Shown: in pieces, positions 24,452 through 33,764 of the stretch | Position numbering within the stretch: position 1 is the stretch's first letter | Layout: every line of letters starts with the position of its first letter | Source of the DNA: Octopus sinensis | Lineage: Eukaryota | Assembly: GCF_006345805.1 (NCBI RefSeq) | Contig: NC_042998.1 | Location: 170,872,001 to 170,936,000 of the forward strand | Reading direction: 5' to 3' | DNA length: 64,000 nucleotides | Program-made: the position numbers and the translations under genes | Notes under the pieces: generated by a model | What the model was told of the DNA's origin: nothing | What the model saw: only the letters and a program-made list of their open reading frames with translations | Databases searched by the model: none

Positions 24452-26011
24452 CCGTATACGCCAGCATATAAAATGACTTGATGTACAAGACAACCCCCAG
24501 GATTTCCATTTAAAAAGTGGGTTTTGAGCTATACTTGTTGTATAAGATTATTCCAGGTTTTTATGGAAAATGGCTCAAGCACCAAAGGTTCATAGCTAAA
24601 GGGGTTGGGTGGACTGTAATTTCCCTAGTGGCCCTAAAGCTTCTGCTTTGTGTTTCAATAGCATTTTAACTGTTTCAATTAGTAAACTTTGTATGCAACA
24701 GTTCTGCAGTCTTGGTTGTTTAAAATTTAACCAGCACTTTTCAAAAAATGGCCAAATATTGTAAATTATCTCCTGTAATACACACCAAATGTACCTGACT
24801 GGTGTAAACACTACCATAGTAATGCCACTTAGGCATCGGTCAGTTTACAGGAACTAACACGTATTATGTAGTGGTGAAGTTAGTAATTTTAGTGTCAAGA
24901 CCTATTGGCAATTTCTAGATATTTTAGTTTCCTATCTCAGTACAAAATCATTTTTTTTTTTTTTTTACATGAAGTGACTACACCATGAAGCTGTGACTTT
25001 GAAGTCTTTGCTGTGCTCTTTGAAGGCTTTAGCCCACTTAAGTGCACAAATGGTATTTTATTTCTTGAAACAACGTATCCATTTTGATGCTGCTCACAGA
25101 CCATGTCTACTACATGCTTCTCTAGAATCAACTAGTGTGCAGTGCCTTCTCTCATTGTTCAGTTTTACTTTTAAGTCTTCCTTTAATCTCCAAACTCTTA
25201 CCATCTTCTCAGTTACACTATATTCTCTTGCAGCAGCATAGTTGTTGTGGGACTTGATGTATGCTACCACTTTCAACTTAAAACCAGCTTCATATTTCCT
25301 TTATTTATCACTTGGAGCCATGAAAAGGTTTTACAGTTGCTGGAATTTAATGTTCACCCAGTGAGAGTACCCCTGCTTATGAAAGAGTGACAAATTGAGC
25401 CTTTTCAAGAAACCCTGTTTGTAAATGTTTAAAAGTAACTGGTAACTGTAAGATTTATTGTGACTTGGCTGACTGATATGCCGTAACAGGTGGGTTAATT
25501 ACTTTAAACTATACTTGTCCTGAAATCTCTCAGTTGGTTGAGCACTGTATGAGAGAGAGCACTCTACCAGAGTAATGTAAACAGAATGGACCCAGCTGAA
25601 TGGGTTGATTGCTTACATTTTTTGTCCGTCAGCTGTTGCAAATGGCGACTAGTATCTGTCCACTAAGTTTGCTGTGCTGTTATTTTAATATAATCTTACT
25701 ATTAATCCAGCTTCCCAAACATACATGTAAGTATCAGTAGAAAATATTGAGTTGTAGAACCATAAGATCTATGTGATTGTTTTATGGGGTTCACCATCAA
25801 TATGTGCAAGTATCAGTAGAAAATACTATGTTATAGAACCATAGGGTCTATGCAAGTGCTTTACACTGTTTTCCATTCACATTGGTGCTACTCTATCTAA
25901 ACCACAGGAAGTTCTGGTTCAGATTTTATGCAGGATGTGTAAGATGACCCCTAGTTTTGGGGTGATGTTTTTTTAAAGTTCAAATTCCATCCTGTATGCC
26001 AGTATATACAG
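24452..26011 (-). mobile_element. Deleted pogo-family element with Brinker-type DNA-binding domain remnant
   Basis: TA-ccgtatacgccagcatata...tgtatgccagtatatacag-TA TIRs; minus frame MAPSDK*RKYEAGFKLKVVAYIKSHNNYAAAREYSVTEKMVRVWR. Confidence 0.85.
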
Positions 26012-26022
26012 TAAATTGGTGT

Positions 26023-26237
26023 CTAAGGTGGCAAATTGGCAGAATTCTTAGTACGCTGGACAAACTGCTTAGCAGCATTTCATCCATCTTTACATTCTGA
26101 GTTTAAATTCCACCAAAGTTGACTTTGCCTTTCATCCTTTCGGGGTTGATAAAATAAGTACCAGTTAAGCACTGGGATCGATGTAATCAATTAGCCCCCT
26201 TCCTTGAACTGACTAGCCTTGTGCCAAAATTTGAAAC
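26023..26237 (+). mobile_element. tRNA-derived SINE family A with 17-bp TSD
   Basis: TSD cattattaaattggtgt at 26238-26254; the left copy is split by the pogo element (24444-24451 plus 26014-26022). Confidence 0.85.
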
Positions 26238-26800
26238 CATTATTAAATTGGTGTTTGGAGCATAACTTAAAAAGATATTCTTATATAATTGTAAAAAAAC
26301 AGTTTTAATTTAGCTATGAAGTATTTAAAATGGGTGCTTTTATATCATAGCAATATAAGCAATCTCAAGTGGGTTAGTATTATAAAAGTTAATTTTTGGT
26401 CCAAAATTGTTAATTTGAACACAAATTACTTTTATACTTCAGTCATTATCAGGCTAGTTATTTAGCTAACACTGTAATATTAAATCAGTTGGTTAATTTT
26501 AATTATTTCTGTTGTACATATGTCTCACTTTATATTTTTACTATTGGATTTTCAGCTTTAATAACTGTATTAAATGTGATAAAATATACTTCCCTTTTTC
26601 TTTAAATTTTATCATCATAAAAATATTCATTGAAAAGTTAATTAAAATATATATATGTTAAATGGAATGACACAGAAAATTAATCAAGGTACATGCATTA
26701 AAATATACATTTTCTATATATCTGTCCAAAATAAAAATTTTTTGAGCTAGACTTTTGCACAAAGACATATTTTGATTATATCTACAAACTATTTATTTCC

Positions 26801-26844
<44 letters not shown>

Positions 26845-26919
26845 CTTTTAGTTTGTTTTCATTTAAATTAGGCATTTTTTTGTATATGTCTCAGTATCAT
26901 TTCTGCAGGAGACAAAGTA

Positions 26920-26975
26920 GGACAACCACTGTGCTGATGATGCCTGTTAAGGCAGAAACGTGTTCACAGCTGTCC
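26920..26975 (+). ncRNA. Apparently intact minimal type I hammerhead ribozyme
   Basis: ggaca-acca-ctgtg CTGATGA tgcc tgttaa ggca GAAA c gt g TT cacag-c-tgtcc; complete core, stem II, interrupted 5+5 bp stem I, predicted cleavage after 26964. Confidence 0.8.
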
Positions 26976-27746
26976 TTCAAACAATCAGGCCGTTTTTTTC
27001 TTTAGTGGCATGTCAGTTTCAGAGGATCTTTGATTCTCTAGATTTAGATTATCTCCCCTTCAAATTTGGAGTTGTTCCAAATATTTACAAGGCAACTGTG
27101 TTATCTTCTCTAGAAGATAACACAATAAATCAAGAATTTCTCCTGTATGGTATTTAATATACCTTTATTCATCTTTGTTGTTCAAATACATGCCACTGGC
27201 CACTCTGAGTCATTTCTCTTAGTTTATTTTCTTTTTAACATCACAATTTAATTAAAGAATCTAATTAAAGATATATGACAGAATTAAATATTGAAAACTC
27301 ATATGGTTAAAAAAAAAAGTTTACTTATCTATTCTTGAATATTTTTCAACAGCCATACTTCCACACTTCCTTGAATCATTAATCTTTGTACAAAGTTCTT
27401 AAATTTTCATATGCTAAAGCATTGCTTATTAACCCTATCTTCCTTTTGACTAATACAAATTTTCAGAATGTTTCCAATTATTATAATTCTCCTGCAATTT
27501 TATCCTTTGATTATTTTATATTGATTTGAAAAATAATCTTCATTTACACTGGAATTATTTGTCCATTTTATAGTGTGTCAGATTGACTTGAATGCTTCGA
27601 TCAGTAACATCCGAGTTATTTCAGTTGACATATCTCAATTTCACTGAAATGTTTCTTAAAACTTTTGACAGAATCCATGTTTTCTGATTAAGGTGTGAGT
27701 GATATTTAGCTAAAGTGTGTCATTTTGTATTTGTCGGCTTTTGCAG

Positions 27747-27815
27747 AAGTCTGTTGAATCTCCCGTGAAATGTTTGAATCTAAATGTTGCCATGGACAAT
27801 TCAGAGAAGCCACAG
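27747..27815 (+). CDS. Candidate 69-nt cassette exon of CLEC16A (KSVESPVKCLNLNVAMDNSEKPQ)
   Basis: cttttgcag| and CAG|gtcagc; phase 0-0, open frame; lies at a poorly conserved linker. Confidence 0.45.
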
Positions 27816-29329
27816 GTCAGCTTTAGTGCACAGACAACCATTTCTTGTCCATTTCTTTTTACCTTTTCAATCATAGCTTTAGTTTTGGTTGTTGTGTAAT
27901 ATTTTCTCTCTGAGTCTTTGATATAAACTTTTTGTTTATTAATTTCTTTTGCATATCACCATATTCTCAGCACAAGTAGACATAGAAAAAAATTGGAATA
28001 CCTTAGTGGAAAAAAAACAAATTCTTTGCAGTTTGTTAACATTTTTTCAAAGAGCGGTGGATTGGCAGAATTGTTAGAGTGTCGGACAAAATGCCTTGTT
28101 GTATTTACGGCCCTTTACATTCTGATTTCAAATCCTACCGAGATCAATTTTGCCTTTCATCTATCCAATAAAATATATACCATTTAAGTTCTGGGCTTGA
28201 TTTAATCAACTCTTCCTTTCTCACAAAATATGTGACCTTGTGCTAATTTTTTTTTTTTTATGACATTTACATCTGTATCTTTTAGTTTCTTTTCACAAAT
28301 GTTTTGATAGTCATTTTAAACAAATATCTGTATTGCTCTGGACGTTTAGATGTAGCAGAAATTATTTATTAAAATATGTGCATTAGATCACTCAGAAATG
28401 TATATTATGTTATTGTTTTTCTTAGCTTTTTTCTTTTTCTTTCTCTCTCTCTCTCTCTTTTTTTTTTTTTTTTTTTAAATAACATGAGAATCAGTTTTGT
28501 TTTGAAATTTCCAAGAACCTTTAAATATTCTGATCTAAGATCAAAGACCAACATTAGCTAAACTGAGTGTCAAGATTTTAAATGTATTTGTTACTCGTTA
28601 TGTTGGTCATGTAGCTAATAAATCTCTGTAGTACTATTGGTTTCTTTTCAGTGTTGGTTAAAGTTAGATTTCTGGACTGATACGAGTGTTTTTTTTAAAC
28701 AACTCTGCAATTAAGAGAATAAACTTCTCTGATCACTTTGGTACCTTGTAGATAGGTTCTGATAGGTTCACTATCAATTTTTGGTCATAATAGATGTGCT
28801 TTTGTATAAAGAGAAACTTCTTGGCTGCAGGTTTTTGATATCCTGTATCATATTTGTCATTGTCTCTCTCTATATACACACATGTGTGTATGCACTTTCT
28901 TTCTTTCTTGCACACATAGTGTAGCAAGCATTACAGCTGATGATATCATTGATGAAAGTTATCTAATAAGAAGATATCTCCCTCTTGTCTTCTATTATGA
29001 ATGTTCTATGTTTTATGGATGTTTTAAAAAGATGGAAAACAAAGAAAAACCAATATAATTTGAAGAATTTTGTGGTGGTTATTTCTCTAAACATGAATCC
29101 CAAAATAGTCATGCCAAAGACAAATCTTGGTTTTAAAAGATTTACCAACTTACACTGGCAAATAAAATATTGAAATAAATTTTCCCATCTAAACTTATTC
29201 CAAAGATTTAATTTCCACTCGATCTTGTCTTAGCAATCATAAACAACAAACTGGCTATGTAAGTATGAATACATTTTTCTAATTCAAAAACTATTTCAAT
29301 CAAATTTTTATTTTCTTTTTATTATACAG

Positions 29330-29383
29330 CCAGAAGAAAGAAAACATGTTAGTTCAGTGGTATCATTGTTTCTTTTGTCACAG
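29330..29383 (+). CDS. CLEC16A: CLEC16A exon (PEERKHVSSVVSLFLLSQ)
   Basis: tatacag| and |gtaaaa; aligns to human ERPKISLPVSLYLLSQ. Confidence 0.9.
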
Positions 29384-30533
29384 GTAAAAGTAATTTACTA
29401 ATTTTTTTCTTTTTTACTGACAAATCTTTCCAGTAACTAGCATTCTTATGTTACAAATAAATGTAGAGTTGAACAAAATGTCCTGCATGTATTTAGTAAC
29501 ATCCCTTTGGAGTTAATAAGAATTTTGTTGATATAATTCATTATACTCTTTCCCAAATTTGTCACTGTGTCGAGTTAGAAATCATTAGGTGATGGGTTAA
29601 TGCGATGCCCTATTTAGTTACATCTCGAGAACAATGCTGCCAAAGATGACTAACTGTACTTGTCATCCTTCTGATTTGATAAAATCAGTGCAATTCAAAT
29701 ACTGCAGTTGATTTACTTGACTGTGTCCTTTCCATAAATTTGTGCTCTGTTCTTGTGGCTGAGATAGTTGGCGTCTTCTACTTATGAAATTTAAATCTTG
29801 TTAGAGTCAATATTGTCTATTAATTTCTTGATGTAATAAGTACTAATCGTGTCCTAAGATCGATTCAGTTGTCAAGACTGGTGGTTAAATATTACAAAAA
29901 TTAATTTGTGTCCTATAAAATGTAATGATGATGAATACCATATGTCATCAGCCTCATTTTATGTCTGATCTCTATGCTGGCATGGTTTGGATGACAGATC
30001 ACTACAATCTAAGTCAGCTCCTAATTGGAGTTATTGAAACCCCCATCCACCCACTACCACAAAGGTTGGAGACTTCCTCTTGCTTGTATGTTCTGTTTTA
30101 ACATGTTTTTTATGGTTGGGTGTGCTTCCTAATATCAGTCATTTTGCAGAGAGTGTACTGGTAGATTCTATCATTGCTTTCAGTTTTAGAAAGGTGTCAG
30201 GTCTTTGACAGGACAAAGCTTAAAGGTTTTCTTGACTGTATTGTCTCTACTCATTCATCAACTACTTAAATACATCCAGAGTTTACTGGATGCAATTTAT
30301 ATGTGACAAAGATATCTTCCAATTGTCTAACACTGTTGGTTTTAAATTCCAGCCTATTTATATTATCTAGGCAAGAGGTATATATAAATGGTTCTCTATC
30401 TTTTAAACTTTCTATGAGTAAGCTCTTCTCATCTCTTCCTACCCCACTGTGTTGTAGTTGAATCACAATGTTAAAGTCATGAAATTACCCATTTTAACAA
30501 TGCTTTTATATTTTTTATTTTACCTATTTCTAG

Positions 30534-30644
30534 GTGTTTCTTATTATTAGTCATGCTCCTCTTGTTCGTCAACTGGCAGAAATCATATTTCAAGGAAATA
30601 TTTGTCTCACGAGAGTTGATGCACGAGAGGATTCTCCAAAATTA
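30534..30644 (+). CDS. CLEC16A: CLEC16A exon (VFLIISHAPLVRQLAEIIFQGNICLTRVDAREDSPKL)
   Basis: tttctag| and |gtaagt; aligns to human VFLIIHHAPLVNSLAEVI. Confidence 0.93.
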
Positions 30645-30742
30645 GTAAGTCCAATTGATTTCTTCTTTTGTTAATTTACTGAGCAGTGACCTTTCGTGCT
30701 GATCACACTGAAATTTCATGTAATAGGTTAATATGTAGTCAA

Positions 30743-31108
30743 GTGTGGCTGTGTGGTAAGAAGACTGTTTCCCAACCACATGGTTCTGGGTTCAGTCACA
30801 CTGCATGGCATTTTGGGTAAATATCTTCTACTATAGCCTCAGGCTGACCAAAGCCTTATGAGTGAATTTGGTAGATGAAAAACTGAAAGAAGCCCTTCGT
30901 GTGTTTGTCCCCCAATGCCACTTGACAACCAGTGTTGGTGTGTTTGTCTCTGTAACTCTGTGGTTCGACAAAAGAGACCAATAGAATAAGTACCAGGCTT
31001 ATCAAAATGTAAGTATGGGGTGGGGAGGTCAATTCATTCAACTAAAAATTCTTCATGATGGTGCTCCAGCATTGCCATAGTCTAATGACTGAAACTAGTT
31101 AAAGATAA
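30743..31108 (+). mobile_element. tRNA-derived CORE-like SINE, family B
   Basis: gtggctgtgtggtaagaag...ctgggttcagtcacactg...tgactgaaactagttaaagataaaa. Confidence 0.8.
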
Positions 31109-32410
31109 AATGTTGTGAATAATTAATTTGTTTTCGACATTAGATAATTTCTCTTATAGGAAAAGTCAAATTTACAAAACTCCATATTACATTTACATAT
31201 GTATATTTCAAGTTTAACTTGAGCAGTTTAGCAGTCAGCAAAATGACCTCTGTCCATTAACTGTCCTGCACAAGCATTGATTTTACTCTGTATGTAATTG
31301 ATATCTTTCTGCTGTTGAATGGGGGCAAAATTTTTACCACACAGGACAAAATGCTGAGCAGAATTTCTTCTGGCTCTTAATGTTCTGAGTACAAAAGCTG
31401 CTGAGGTCAACTTTGCTTTTCATCCTTTCAGATCGATAAAAAAGTACTAGTTGAACAGTGAGGTTAATGTAATCAGCTTATCATTGCTTTCAAAATTGCT
31501 TGCTCTGTCATTGTACAAAAGATAGATTGGTCTTTTCGCAGCTAAGAAAAAGAAGCTTTTATTATTTGGAAATTTGTTTATATTACTGTTCTAAATGAAC
31601 AATTTGGTTATAATTTGATTTCTGAAAAATGATTATAGAAATTTCCACATTATTGTGACCCAGTATTCAATGAAGTTATGCCTCTAGTCAACACAGTTAC
31701 CAATGAATTCTTTCTTCTTACTGCCAAGATCTATTTTAGTATCATATTTTTTTTATAATTCAAGTATCAGTAACAAGTAGAATGAAGCTGTAAGTTCCTA
31801 TTCAGTTTGACATTTTTCAATTTCCTACATAAAACTAGATTATTTATGTTAGTAATGCTATTGAGAAAAGTGTGTGGCCTTGTGCCTTTGAGATTAATTA
31901 GCATAAGTATCAGTTTATTGTAGGTCATTCCAATCGAATTTTCAAAATGCATATATATATATCATCATCATTTAACGTCTGTTTTCCATGCTAGCATGGG
32001 TTGGACTATATAAATAAATAAATAAATAAATGAATGGAGTTAAATGCAGGTGTTATTCAAATCTTTTTACTTTTGACATATGTTTCAAAGAAAACACTGG
32101 TATTATTCCAGAAGGAATAAAATGATGTAAAACAATGCAATCTTCTCATCAGGGAAAGAAAGAAACCAAACACATCAAGAAATTTTAACAGAATGTGATG
32201 ACTGCATATATGATGAAGGGAATGCTTGTAAGATTTAAAAAAATAAAATGTTAATAGATATAATGTCAAAGGTAGTTTATAGAAAGAGGAGGAGAAAGAA
32301 AGAAATTAGCAGAAAACTGACAGTGGAGAGATATAGAGTGATAGTTGAATAAGAATAAAGCTTAAAGGCTTGGAAGTAGATATATTTAGTGGAAGTGAAA
32401 TGTAAAAAGT

Positions 32411-32870
32411 CCGTCAAAGGTCAAATTTTATAGAATGGCAGAAATCACTTATAGGAACTAAAGGTATGTTTTTGACAATGATTGCAACGATAAATGCGTT
32501 TTATAAACATGCTTACAAGAAGATTCTCCCAGAACAGGATGAAACACATTTCATCATTACAAAGCGGACAAAAAGATTTACCTTTATCATACGGAAATGA
32601 TATAGATAGAATATTCCATTCCAAATCAAATTGTTTATTATGATTATTATCATAATAAACAATTTGATTTGGAATGGAATATTCTATCTATATCTTCACC
32701 ATAAATCTTTTTTTCGCTTTGTAACAGTGAAATGTACTTAATTCTGTTTTTAGGGAATCCCCTTGTAAACACATTCATATAATGCGTTCATCATTGCAAA
32801 CATTGCCAGAAACATGCCTTTAGTTCCTATAAGTGATTTCTACCATTCTATAAAATTCAACCTTTGACTG
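32411..32870. mobile_element. Foldback MITE-like element: diverged ~165-bp arms around a perfect 46-bp palindrome
   Basis: ccgtcaaaggtcaaattttatagaatgg...ccattctataaaattcaacctttgactg; inner arms 32599-32644 and 32649-32694 are exact reverse complements. Confidence 0.85.
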
Positions 32871-33257
32871 TCTATATATGTAATACAAAAACATTTCACC
32901 AAAACCTGGAATTTCTACCTTGGTACTTGTGTGAAATTTTGCTACCCTGGTAACTATTTATTTATTTTTTCTGTGTTATTTGTAAACCTTGAAAAAATGC
33001 GCATACTTATATATATATGTGTGTTTGTGTTGAACAAGTAATAATTCTTTACTCAACATTTTGCATTTTAAGCACTCAGTGGTGAAGTATGAGTGGTTAG
33101 ACTCTGTTGATAAACAGACTTAGTTTTAGGAGTACTACACATTACATGTAGTAATGGTTGAATTGATGACTGTGTGGTGAGGTAGCCAGCACCTTCACTC
33201 ACAGCCACTCTTTGTTTAAATTCATTTGTTTAAAATTCAAATAATTTGTTTTTACAG

Positions 33258-33456
33258 AAAGTAAGAGAATTCTCAGCTCCAGAAGAACCTTTAGAGAAAA
33301 CCCTAGAAGTTAACCGTATGAGGCGTTTTAGGGTATTACAGATGCCAAATGCTGATGGAGAATTTGAAGTCAGTCAAGAAGGGAATTCTACATTTTATAT
33401 ACAAACAGAAGTGGCTGTTCAGGTGGATGATATATCTTCTCCTTCAACAGGCACAG
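33258..33456 (+). CDS. CLEC16A: CLEC16A exon (KVREFSAPEEPLEKTLEVNRMRR...SSPSTGT)
   Basis: tttacag| and CAG|gtaatt; resembles human RCFIKPTETLERSLE; phase 0 to 1. Confidence 0.85.
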
Positions 33457-33764
33457 GTAATTTAATAGTAATTTGTTTGATTTCTACTTTATAAAATTTA
33501 TATGATTTACTGGGATTTTTTGGGGCATATAATGAACAAAGAACATAGTGTGTGTTTTAGAACACAGCTCACAGGTCTTAACATCACCATTGTCATTTTG
33601 TGTTCATTTTCCTTCTTGTATTGTCAGAGTTAATTTGTATTCAGAGTTAGTATTCTTCTGATGGTTTGGAAGACCATATCTCACTCATAGGTTCCATTGT
33701 GGCATGGTTTCTATGGCTGGATTCCTTGCCTCCACATTGTTGTGTACTAGGTACATTTTATTAT

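Noticed and set aside
28930-28970. CTGATGA tatcattgat GAAA hammerhead-like string
   Set aside because: No stem III/NUH geometry that allows stem I pairing
29234-29258. 25-nt segment between tag and gtaagt
   Set aside because: Frameshifting and has an in-frame TAA; at most an unsupported poison exon
33073-33081. tgcattttaag|CACTCAGTG|gtgaag possible 9-nt microexon
   Set aside because: AAG acceptor and a weak donor; not distinguishable from chance
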